From the NCBI GenBank assembly GCA_963764715.1, contig CAVXTP010000022.1:608001-672000 (forward strand): DNA of 64,000 nucleotides, in the 5' to 3' direction. Position 1 is the stretch's first letter. Every line of letters starts with the position of its first letter. This DNA comes from an uncultured Acidobacteriota bacterium (GTDB lineage Bacteria > Acidobacteriota > Thermoanaerobaculia > UBA5066 > Gp7-AA6). The notes below the pieces were generated by a model. It was not told the origin of the DNA. It ran no database searches and worked only from the letters and a program-made list of their open reading frames with translations. Shown here in pieces: positions 41,032 through 49,540 of the stretch. The translations under genes and the position numbers were made by a program.

Positions 41032-42285
41032 CTACGGGCTCGGCGCGGGTGTCGGCCTCCGTGCCGCCGCGCGGGCGGGCGTCGGGGTCGGCGGCGCCGC
41101 GCCCTGGAACTTGAGCGGAAGCGTGAAGCCCCCCGAATCGTCGGCGGGAGCGCTTCCCCCGAACGCGAGGGTGATCCCGCCGCCGCGCCGAAACGCGTAG
41201 AACCGGCCGGGACAGACCGTCGACTCGAGGTTCGGGAGCCGGGCCGGCCACTCGTCGTCCCGGGAGGCCGCGCGTTCGGCCCGGGCATCCAGGACGAGCG
41301 CGGTCAGCTCCGAATCGAGGAGCAGCCGGTAGGACCGCATTAGCATGTTGATGACCGAGCCGGAGGCGATCAGCTGCGCGGGGTCTTCCTCGCCGCTGAT
41401 CGCCACGTCCCATGAATGCTGCAGGTCGTCCCGCGTCCAGTCGCACGCGCCCTTTTCGATCAGGCCCTGCGCGAAGCGGCGGTAGATGCGGATCAGGGTC
41501 TCGACGTGTTTCGTCAATTCGGGATTGCTCGCGGCGGGCCATGGGTCGTTCTGGAACGCGGCGAGGAACCCCTGGTAGAACTCGCCGTCGCGCAGTCGCG
41601 TCTCCCAGCCGTAAGCAGGTACCCGGACCTTCCGGAGGAGCCCCACGGCCAGGCGCGCCTGCGGGATCGCCGTCAACTGGGACAGCAGCTCCGGCCTCGC
41701 CGCGAGGCTCCGCGCGATTCGCCAGATGGCCTCGATCGCCTCCAGCGCCGACGCCGAATCCCCGCGGCGCAGGTCGAGCAGCGCCCGGGCCGCAAGCACC
41801 TTCTGGAGGCTCGTCAGGCCGACCCAGTTCGGAACCGGCGACTCCGCCCCTCCGGCCACGTCGAGATCCCAGATGATCTCCCGCGGACCCGAGGCCGCCG
41901 CGACGATCGACGCCACGGCCGCGTCGTTCTCTTCCATGAAGCGGGCCGCCACCGCCGGCGGAGCCGATACCGCCTCGCCCGACTTTTCGAGCTCGCGCGT
42001 CACGTAGCTCGAAACGACCGCACGGGCCCGCTCCGACGGCGCCATCCTTTCGGCCTTGTCGCAGCTCTCCGCGCGGATGTCCTGCCTCGCGTCGATCCCG
42101 ATCGCCGATGCCAGCTCTTCGATTTCCAGAGCCGCCGCCGAGGCCGATTGCCTGGGGTACTGCGCTTCGAAGGCCCCGAGCGACATCGCCGCCTCCGGCG
42201 GCTTCCAGTCCTCGGCGACGACGCCGCCGGCGCTGACACAGAGCGACGTCAGACCGACGAGGACCCTCGATCGGCACCGCCTCAT
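41032..42285 (-). CDS. Hypothetical secreted helical protein (paralog 2)
   Basis: Signal-like MRRCRSRVLVGLTSL...VVA; paralogous to 39758-41011; start inferred. Confidence 0.7.
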   Translation of the reverse strand: MRRCRSRVLVGLTSLCVSAGGVVAEDWKPPEAAMSLGAFEAQYPRQSASAAALEIEELASAIGIDARQDIRAESCDKAERMAPSERARAVVSSYVTRELEKSGEAVSAPPAVAARFMEENDAAVASIVAAASGPREIIWDLDVAGGAESPVPNWVGLTSLQKVLAARALLDLRRGDSASALEAIEAIWRIARSLAARPELLSQLTAIPQARLAVGLLRKVRVPAYGWETRLRDGEFYQGFLAAFQNDPWPAASNPELTKHVETLIRIYRRFAQGLIEKGACDWTRDDLQHSWDVAISGEEDPAQLIASGSVINMLMRSYRLLLDSELTALVLDARAERAASRDDEWPARLPNLESTVCPGRFYAFRRGGGITLAFGGSAPADDSGGFTLPLKFQGAAPPTPTPARAAARRPTPAPSP

Positions 42286-42347
42286 CGAAGCCTCTCTGCG
42301 CGCATTCCTACGCGCAGCGAAGTCGGTTCGTCGGCGCGATATTCCCG

Positions 42348-43748
42348 TCAGGCGCGTTTCCACCGCGTACCGCCCGGCCCGTCCTCGAGCACGATCCCCC
42401 GCGCCGCCAGGTCCTTGCGGATGCGGTCGGCCTCGGCGAAGTCGCGGCGGCCGCGCGCTTCGTTGCGGGCGGCGATCTGGGCCTCGATCTCGGCCGGGAG
42501 GGCTTCGTCCTTCGCGGGAAGCACGCCGAGCACCCTGTCCGCGCCCCGGATCGCGGCCGCGGCCGCCGCGGCGCCCCGGGCGTCGAGCGCGCCCTCGACC
42601 TGCGCGGCGTTGAGATCGCGCAGGAACGTGAAGAGGACGCCCAAAGCCTCTGCCGTGTTCAGGTCGTCGTCGAGGGCCGCCGCGAAGTCGGCCGAGAACT
42701 TCGACGCCCGGTCGGCGGCCGGGAACGCGCCGGCCTTATCCCCGCCGCCCCGGGCCGCGTCGTCGAGGCGCGCCACGGCCGACTTGATGCGCTCGACGGC
42801 CGAGGCCGCCCCGGTCAGCGCGTCCCAGGTGAAGTTCAGCTTCTTGCGGTACGGCACCGACAGCAGGAGATAGCGCACCGCCACGGGGTCGTTCCGGCGC
42901 GCCAGGACGTCGTCGAGCGTGAAGAAGTTGCCCTTCGACTTCGCCATCTTCTCGCCGTCGACGATGAGGTGCTCGGCATGAAGCCAGAGGTCGACGAAGG
43001 GCTCCCCCGTCGCGGCCTCGCTCTGCGCGATCTCGTTCTCGTGGTGCGGAAAGATGTTGTCGACGGCTCCGGTGTGGATGTCGAAGTGGTTGCCGAGGTA
43101 CTTCATGCTCATCGCGGAGCACTCGACGTGCCAGCCGGGCCGGCCGGGGCCCCAGGGCGAGGGCCAGGAAGGCTCGCCGGGCTTGGCAGCCTTCCAGAGG
43201 ACGAAGTCCTTGACGTCCTCCTTCTCGTACTCGTCGTCGGCCACGCGCTCGCCGCGCCTCGCCTTCTCGAGATCGATGCCCGAGAGCTTGCCGTAGCCGG
43301 GGAAGGTCGAGATCCGGAAATACACCGACCCTTCCGACTCGTAGGCATGGCCGCGCTCGAGGAGCTTCGCCGTGAGGTCCTGCATCTCGGGGATGTGCTC
43401 GGTCGCGCGCGGGTAGCGTTCGGCGCGCTCGAGCCCCAGCCGGTCGATGTCTCGGAAGAAGAGGTCGGAGTACTTCGCGGTGAAGTGGTTCAACGACAGC
43501 CCCGCCTCGTTCGCGCCGCGGATCGTCTTGTCGTCGACGTCGGTCAGATTCATGATCTGCGTGACCCGCAGGCCCTGCGAGCGCAGGTGGCGCCGCAGCA
43601 CGTCCTCCCACAGGAACGTCCGGAGGTTCCCGATGTGGACGACGTTGTAGACCGTGGGCCCGCACGTGTAGAGCCGCACGTGGCCGGGCTCGATCGGCGT
43701 GAGGACCGTCGGCTTGCGTCCGAGCGTGTTGAACGCGGTCAGGCTCAC
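42348..43748 (-). CDS. cysS: Cysteine-tRNA ligase
   Basis: YTCGPTVY, HIGN, GRPGWHVECSAM, FPHHENE, KMAKS. Confidence 0.96.
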   Translation of the reverse strand: MSLTAFNTLGRKPTVLTPIEPGHVRLYTCGPTVYNVVHIGNLRTFLWEDVLRRHLRSQGLRVTQIMNLTDVDDKTIRGANEAGLSLNHFTAKYSDLFFRDIDRLGLERAERYPRATEHIPEMQDLTAKLLERGHAYESEGSVYFRISTFPGYGKLSGIDLEKARRGERVADDEYEKEDVKDFVLWKAAKPGEPSWPSPWGPGRPGWHVECSAMSMKYLGNHFDIHTGAVDNIFPHHENEIAQSEAATGEPFVDLWLHAEHLIVDGEKMAKSKGNFFTLDDVLARRNDPVAVRYLLLSVPYRKKLNFTWDALTGAASAVERIKSAVARLDDAARGGGDKAGAFPAADRASKFSADFAAALDDDLNTAEALGVLFTFLRDLNAAQVEGALDARGAAAAAAAIRGADRVLGVLPAKDEALPAEIEAQIAARNEARGRRDFAEADRIRKDLAARGIVLEDGPGGTRWKRA

Positions 43749-44254
43749 CAGAGACCCTTCCCTTTCTGCCGGTGGATCTTTCGCCAGGTGAGCTCCCGCT
43801 TCAAGCCCCGGAGGCGATCCACGAAGAGCGTGCCGTTCAGGTGGTCGGTCTCGTGGCAGAGAGCCCGGGCGAGGAGTCCCGTGCCTTCGATCTCCCGGAC
43901 CACGCCGCTCGCGTCGGCGGCCCGGACGCGGGCCCGCTCCGGTCGAACGACCTTTTCGGCGATGTCCGGCACCGAGAGGCACCCCTCCTCTTCCTTCTGC
44001 TCTCCGCTCGATTCGAGGAGGACCGGGTTGACGAGGACGATGACCGCCCCCGGGTCGGCGCCGACCGACAGGTCGATGATCGCGATCCGCTTGTTGATCC
44101 CGATCTGGGGAGCGGCGAGGCCGACGCCCGGCGCCGCGTGGCAGGTTTCCACCATGTCGGCGACGAGCCCCGCGATGTCCTCGGCGCGGGGGTCGACCTC
44201 GGCGTTGGCGGCGGTCAGCCGCTCGTCGCCGTAACGGACGATGTCCCGAATCAA
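43745..44254 (-). CDS. def: Peptide deformylase
   Basis: GVGLAAPQIG, EGCLS, HETDHLNG; TTG start with GAGGGG SD. Confidence 0.93.
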   Translation of the reverse strand: MIRDIVRYGDERLTAANAEVDPRAEDIAGLVADMVETCHAAPGVGLAAPQIGINKRIAIIDLSVGADPGAVIVLVNPVLLESSGEQKEEEGCLSVPDIAEKVVRPERARVRAADASGVVREIEGTGLLARALCHETDHLNGTLFVDRLRGLKRELTWRKIHRQKGKGLW

Positions 44255-44419
44255 GCGGACGAACCCCTCGTCCGGGGTGCCCGAAGGCCCCGGGACATGT
44301 CCTCCGGACCCCGCCGCCTGTCTCCGCGGCATGACAGGACCGGATCGCCCCCTCGCGGCGCTTCTGGCATAAGTGCTGAGTTTAAAGCACATTCTTCGCG
44401 TTCCGGCAAGCGGCGTCCG

Positions 44420-44435
44420 TGGCACGTGGCTCGCT
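44420..44435 (+). promoter_or_regulatory. Possible sigma54 (-24/-12) promoter
   Basis: TGGCAC-N5-TCGC about 20 nt upstream of ATG 44454. Confidence 0.4.
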
Positions 44436-44453
44436 ACCTCCCCGTGCGGGAGC

Positions 44454-46691
44454 ATGACGAAAACGATGAACGCAAAGCGGTTCGCACTTCTGGCAGCGTT
44501 CGCGGCTTTCCTGGCGGCCGGGTCGGCCGCGGCCCAGAACGCTCGGAGCGCCTACACGTACGTCCGTGAAACCAACGGCGAGGTGGTCGTGATCTCGCCG
44601 ACGAACGGCGAGGTCCAGGCCCGCCGCAACCTTCCGATCACCGCCGGCGACGAGATGAAGACCGAGGACCCGGCCCGCGCCGAGGTGGCGCTCGCCGACG
44701 GGAACCTCCTGCACGTCGGCGGCGGCACGAAGGTTCGCTTCGCGTCCCTCAATTCGCAGCAGGGCTCCGAGGACGACGTGTCCGCGATCGACCTCTCCGA
44801 GGGCTCGGTGATTCTGTCGGCCCTGGGCTCCGACGAGCGGGCCCTTCCGCGGATCGACACCGCGGACGCGTCGGTCTACGCCGGCTCGGGCGCGCGCGTG
44901 CGCGTCAATTCGGACGTGCGGCGCGGAACCTCGGTCGTCGTGCGCGCCGGCTCGGTCGAGGTGAAGACGCCCGCGGGCTCGTACACGGTCCGCGCGGGCA
45001 ATTACCTGCTCGTGCAGGGCGACCAGGAGCCGGAGGTCGCGCGCGGCAGCTTTTCGCGCGATCGGTTCGACCTGTGGGCGGCGGACCGTCTCGAAACGAC
45101 CGTCGACGCTCCGCAGAGCGCGTCGAGCACGTACGTGGACGAGGAGTACGCCGGCGACGTCCAGTCGCTCGACGGCTACGGCGACTGGGACTACAACTCG
45201 ACCTACTCGAGCTACGTCTGGCGGCCGCACGTCGAGATCGGCTGGCAGCCTTACTCCTACGGATCCTGGTACTCGACGCCGATCGGCTTGAGCTGGTGGT
45301 CGTGGGATCCGTGGGGCTGGTACCCGTACCACTACGGCAACTGGTTCTTCGACGTCGGCTGGAACAGCTGGTGCTGGTCCCCCGGCTACGTCTATTCCCC
45401 GGCCTGGGTGTACTGGGGTTACACCGACGGATACTTCGGCTGGTGCCCGACGGGCTGGTACGGCGGCTACTCGCCCTGGTGGGACAACTATTACAAGAAC
45501 ATCGGCTGGGGCCGGAGCTCGCTCGCGTTCGCGATCAACGGCCGTTTCTCCACCCGCCAGGTCGACGTGCGCGGCTGGAACTTCACCCCCGTTCACAACC
45601 TCGGCACCCGCGGCCGCCTCGAGGTGGTCCCGGGATCGCGCGTCGTCGACCGTCTCGGAAGCAAGATCGCGATTTCGTCGCGCCCGATCGTCCTGCCGGC
45701 CCGCGGCGGCAACACGCGGGACGCCCTTCGTGACCACGTCCGCGAAGCCCCGGGCGTCATCGAGCGCACCACGTCGCCCCGCGACACGGAACGCCTGGCG
45801 CCGGTCGTCGGACGGCAGCGGACGCTCCCGCCCGACACGGTCGAGGCGCTCATCCAGCGCGCGGTCGTGGCCGACCGGGGCCGCATCGGCGGCCCGGGAG
45901 CGAACGAGATGGCGCCGCGCGGAGGCACCGCGGTCATCGAACGCGGCCGAACGACGCTCTCCCCGGAGGCCCGGCGAGGCGACGCGGCCTCGCCGCGGAC
46001 GATCACCGGACGGCCGGCGGAGCGTCCCCGGACGAACCTGGAGACCTGGGACCGGTCGCGCGGGACGACGCAGCGCAACGAAACCGGAACGCGGCCGGAC
46101 TCGGGCCGCAACGTGACTCGGCCCGACAGCCAGGACTCGTGGCGCGGCCGGACGAGCGGCGGTACGCCCACGCGGTCCAACGACGGTCCGCGAACGCTGA
46201 CCGGTCGGCCGGCGGACGAGGGATGGCGCGGCCGTACCGCTCCCCTGGGCTCGACGGGGCAGCGGCCGGACTCGGTCGAACCCGGGAACCAGCCGAGCTG
46301 GAGATCGCGTCCGGACGTTCCGCCGGCGCGGCGCGTCATCGAAGGCTCCGTGCCCGGACGCCGGTCGCCGGATTATCCGGACAACGGGTCGCGGTCGCGC
46401 GGACGCGACGGAACGGCCGCGCCACGCGACATGGGTCCGCGCGATGGCTACGTCCCGCGCGACTCGGGGCCGCGCAGCTACGCGCCGCCCGACCGCGGTT
46501 ACTCCCGCCAGGCGCCCGCCCCGCGCGGCGACTCGCCCCGCTCGATCGAACGCTCCGCGCCCGCGCCCCGCTCGGCGCCCGCGCCGCAGGCCGCGCCCCC
46601 GCGCTCGGCCCCGGCCCCTTCGGCGCCGCCGCCCTCGTCCCGCAGCGCTCCGGCTCCGCCGAGCTCCGGCGGGCACCGGGGCCGCCCATAG
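44454..46691 (+). CDS. Secreted FecR-like + DUF6600-type protein with long Pro/Arg-rich disordered tail
   Basis: Signal peptide; N.PI..GD...T...RAEV FecR pattern; LDGYGDW, WQPYSYGSW, PWGWYPYHYGNW, W.PG..YSPAWV. Confidence 0.8.
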   Translation: MTKTMNAKRFALLAAFAAFLAAGSAAAQNARSAYTYVRETNGEVVVISPTNGEVQARRNLPITAGDEMKTEDPARAEVALADGNLLHVGGGTKVRFASLNSQQGSEDDVSAIDLSEGSVILSALGSDERALPRIDTADASVYAGSGARVRVNSDVRRGTSVVVRAGSVEVKTPAGSYTVRAGNYLLVQGDQEPEVARGSFSRDRFDLWAADRLETTVDAPQSASSTYVDEEYAGDVQSLDGYGDWDYNSTYSSYVWRPHVEIGWQPYSYGSWYSTPIGLSWWSWDPWGWYPYHYGNWFFDVGWNSWCWSPGYVYSPAWVYWGYTDGYFGWCPTGWYGGYSPWWDNYYKNIGWGRSSLAFAINGRFSTRQVDVRGWNFTPVHNLGTRGRLEVVPGSRVVDRLGSKIAISSRPIVLPARGGNTRDALRDHVREAPGVIERTTSPRDTERLAPVVGRQRTLPPDTVEALIQRAVVADRGRIGGPGANEMAPRGGTAVIERGRTTLSPEARRGDAASPRTITGRPAERPRTNLETWDRSRGTTQRNETGTRPDSGRNVTRPDSQDSWRGRTSGGTPTRSNDGPRTLTGRPADEGWRGRTAPLGSTGQRPDSVEPGNQPSWRSRPDVPPARRVIEGSVPGRRSPDYPDNGSRSRGRDGTAAPRDMGPRDGYVPRDSGPRSYAPPDRGYSRQAPAPRGDSPRSIERSAPAPRSAPAPQAAPPRSAPAPSAPPPSSRSAPAPPSSGGHRGRP

Positions 46692-46722
46692 ACAGTTCGC
46701 CCTGAGATCTCCCCTTCTCTCC

Positions 46723-46750
46723 GCCGCGCCTTCGGGCGCGGCTCTTTTTT
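46723..46750 (+). terminator. Rho-independent terminator
   Basis: gccgcgcc-ttcg-ggcgcggc followed by tctttttt. Confidence 0.85.
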
Positions 46751-46815
46751 GCCCGGTCGGACGCCGGCAGGAAAGGCGCGGGGTGCGGACCCGACCGCAA
46801 TTAGAATCCCGGCAG

Positions 46816-47058
46816 GTGCGCCGCGCTCTCGCGTTCCTGGGAAGTGCGTTCTTCGTCTTCTACTGCACGGCAGTGGGGGTCTACCTCGTCCTGCGCCCGT
46901 GGACGGGACGGGCCGCCCATCCCGGCATCTTCGGCTCGGGCTTCTTCCGCGGCTTCGTCTCGGGGCTCGGCCTCCTCCACCTGGCGGCCGGCGCGGCGGA
47001 CCTGAAGGCCCTGTCGCGCACGCTGCAGGGCGACCCGCCGCCGGGGGCGTCCGAATGA
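46816..47058 (+). CDS. Small two-TM membrane protein
   Basis: GTG 8 nt after TAGAAT; L.PW, RGFVSGLGL; ATGA overlap with the next gene. Confidence 0.65.
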   Translation: MRRALAFLGSAFFVFYCTAVGVYLVLRPWTGRAAHPGIFGSGFFRGFVSGLGLLHLAAGAADLKALSRTLQGDPPPGASE

Positions 47059-47663
47059 AGGTCCTCTACGTGACCGACCGCGCCGCCGTCGGGGACCGCC
47101 GCTTCTTCGAGATCCTCGAGTCGCTCGCCGGCGCCCCGGTCTCCGTCGAGCTCCGGGAAAAGGGGACGGACGACCGGCAGACCCTGCAGCTCGCCCGCGA
47201 AGCGAAGGTTCGCCTCGGCCCCGGGGTCCGCCTCACCGTGAACCGGCGTTTCGACGTCGCGCTCGCCGCCGGCGCCGACGGAGTCCATCTTCCGGCCGAC
47301 GGGCTGCCGCTTTCGCGGGTCCGAGCGAACACCCCGCGCGGCTTCCGCGTCGGGGCCTCGACGCACTCCCCCGAAGAGGCCCGGGCCGCGATCGACGCGG
47401 GCGCCGACGCCGTCGTCATCGGCCCCGTGTTCGACACGCCGTCCAAGCGCGCCTTGGGGCCGCCGCTCGGTCCCGAAGCCCTCGGCCGCCTCCCCGACGC
47501 GCGGGAGCACGCGTGCGAGGTGTACGCCATCGGCGGCGTCGACGAGGGCAACCTCGCGGCGCTCGACCCCTGGCGCGACCGGATCTCCGGCATCGCGGCA
47601 ATCCGTCTCATCCAGGAGTCGGCCGACCCCCGGGCCGTGGTCGAGAGGCTTTCCGCCCGATGA
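47055..47663 (+). CDS. Thiamine phosphate synthase / TenI family protein
   Basis: LYVTDR, LREK, DGVHL, STHS, GPVFDTPSK, AIGG. Confidence 0.85.
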   Translation: MKVLYVTDRAAVGDRRFFEILESLAGAPVSVELREKGTDDRQTLQLAREAKVRLGPGVRLTVNRRFDVALAAGADGVHLPADGLPLSRVRANTPRGFRVGASTHSPEEARAAIDAGADAVVIGPVFDTPSKRALGPPLGPEALGRLPDAREHACEVYAIGGVDEGNLAALDPWRDRISGIAAIRLIQESADPRAVVERLSAR

Positions 47664-49093
47664 GCGTGCGCCTGCGAACCCTCGTGTCCTCGCTCGCCCG
47701 GGGCGTGCTGCCGGCGGCCGTGATCTTCGCGCTGGTTTCCGGAGCGGTCCTGCTCCTGTCGAGCTTCCACGTTCCCCTGACCGACGCGCGCGCCCACGAT
47801 TACGGCGCCTTCGCGATCGGGCTCGCCGGCGCGCTGCTCTTGACCCGCATCGCCGACTTCCTGTTCTTCGACGTCGCCTACGAGCTCCGCCGCGGCATAG
47901 CCGCGCCCGCGCTCGTCCGGCAGATCGTCAGCCTCCTGATCTTCGGCGTCGCCCTCGGCGCGCTCTTTCAGATCGTCCTTGCCGCGAGCCTCCCGGCCCT
48001 CCTCGCCACCTCCGCGATCATCACGGCCGTCGTCGGCCTCGCGCTCCAGGAGACCCTCGGCAACCTCTTTTCGGGCATCGCCCTCGCCTTCGAGCGGACC
48101 GTCCAGGTCGGCGACATGGTGCGGGCGGGCGAGGAGCTCGGACTGGTCGAGCAGCTCTCCTGGCGCGCCATCAAGGTCCGCACCATGCAGGGGCACGTCG
48201 TCCTGATCCCGAACATCCTGGCGAGCCGCGAACGCCTGGAGGTCTTCCGGCGCGGCGGACCGCCCATGGCGCGCATCCTCCGGGTCAACCTCGACTACGA
48301 GCTTTCGCCGGCGCGCGCGCGCGCCGCCCTCGAAGCGGCGCTCCGAAACCTGGCCGGCGTCGCGCCCCACCCGGCGCCGCGGGCGTTCCTCCACTCGTTC
48401 GCGGACTGGTCCGTGATCTACGAGCTGCGCTACTGGCTCGAAGACTACGCGCGGTACCTCGAGGTCGACTCGGCGGTCCGTGAGCGCGTCTGGTACGAGC
48501 TCGAGCGGGAAGGCTTCCCCTTCGCCTATCCGCTCATCCGCCAGCACCAGTACTCGGGCGGGCCGCTTCCCCGCCTCGACCGGTCTTCGACGGTCGCCGC
48601 GGCGATCGACGGGAGCGAGATCTTCGCGCCCCTGTCCGCGGCCGAGCGCGCCCAGCTCGCGGCCGGGGCGCGCGCGTTGCCGTTCACGGCCGGGGAGACG
48701 ATCGTGCGCGAGGGCGAGGCCACGTCGTCGATGTTCCTCATCGCGTCCGGGCGGGCGGCCGTCTCCGTCGCGTCCGGGACGCAGGCGAGCCAGAAGCTCG
48801 CCCTGCTCGAACCGGGCTCGGCGTTCGGGGAGATCAGTCTTCTGACCGGCGAACCGAGGACGGCGAGCGTGCGCGCGATCGAGGAGTCGCTCCTCGTCGA
48901 GATCGACAAGGCGACCCTCGCTCCGATTCTTCGGGCCAACCCCTCCCTCGTCGAGAAGCTCGATGCCATCATTCTCGAACGGCGCCGGCAGACGGCCGGC
49001 CGGCTCGGCAGCGCCCGGGGCGGCGCCGAGGAGGAGCCCGAGCCGCTGCGGGTCCGCATCGCTCGGTTCTTCGGGTTGAAGGGCCTCGCCTGA
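47660..49093 (+). CDS. MscS mechanosensitive channel with C-terminal cyclic-nucleotide-binding domain
   Basis: GLALQETLGNLFSG, GD, IPN; FGEISLLTGEPRTASVRA cNMP cassette. Confidence 0.88.
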   Translation: MSVRLRTLVSSLARGVLPAAVIFALVSGAVLLLSSFHVPLTDARAHDYGAFAIGLAGALLLTRIADFLFFDVAYELRRGIAAPALVRQIVSLLIFGVALGALFQIVLAASLPALLATSAIITAVVGLALQETLGNLFSGIALAFERTVQVGDMVRAGEELGLVEQLSWRAIKVRTMQGHVVLIPNILASRERLEVFRRGGPPMARILRVNLDYELSPARARAALEAALRNLAGVAPHPAPRAFLHSFADWSVIYELRYWLEDYARYLEVDSAVRERVWYELEREGFPFAYPLIRQHQYSGGPLPRLDRSSTVAAAIDGSEIFAPLSAAERAQLAAGARALPFTAGETIVREGEATSSMFLIASGRAAVSVASGTQASQKLALLEPGSAFGEISLLTGEPRTASVRAIEESLLVEIDKATLAPILRANPSLVEKLDAIILERRRQTAGRLGSARGGAEEEPEPLRVRIARFFGLKGLA

Positions 49094-49497
49094 TGCCGGC
49101 CGCCGTGGGCATTCTTCTCGGCCTCGACCTGACGGAGATCGATCGGGTCGCCGGCGTTCTCGAGCGGCACGGGGAACGGTTCCTCGCGCGGGTGTTTCGC
49201 GAGGGAGAGATCCGGCGCCAGCGCCGGCACCCTCGGGCCTTCGCCGAGCACGTGGCCGGCCGCTTTGCCGCGAAGGAAGCCGCGATGAAGGCCCTGGGGC
49301 TCGGCTGGCGCGGCCTGGCGTTCCGCGACATCGAGGTCGGGCGCGACCTGCGCGGCAAGCCCCTTCTCTCCTTCCACGGGAAGGCCCTCGTCCGCGCGCG
49401 CTCGCTCAAGGTGCTCTCGGCGGAGGTGACGATCACGCACGGCAAGGACATCGCCGCCGCCGTGGTCGCGCTCCTGACCTCGACCGGCCGGCGGTAG
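49093..49497 (+). CDS. acpS: Holo-ACP synthase
   Basis: GLDLTEI, AGRFAAKEAAMKALG, GKP, ITH. Confidence 0.92.
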   Translation: MPAAVGILLGLDLTEIDRVAGVLERHGERFLARVFREGEIRRQRRHPRAFAEHVAGRFAAKEAAMKALGLGWRGLAFRDIEVGRDLRGKPLLSFHGKALVRARSLKVLSAEVTITHGKDIAAAVVALLTSTGRR

Positions 49498-49540
49498 AGG
49501 GCCGGGGGCGCCCCCGCCCGTACGCTAAACTTCGCCCCCG

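Noticed and set aside
46540-46680. Short tandem GC-rich repeats
   Set aside because: They encode the RSAPAP low-complexity tail.
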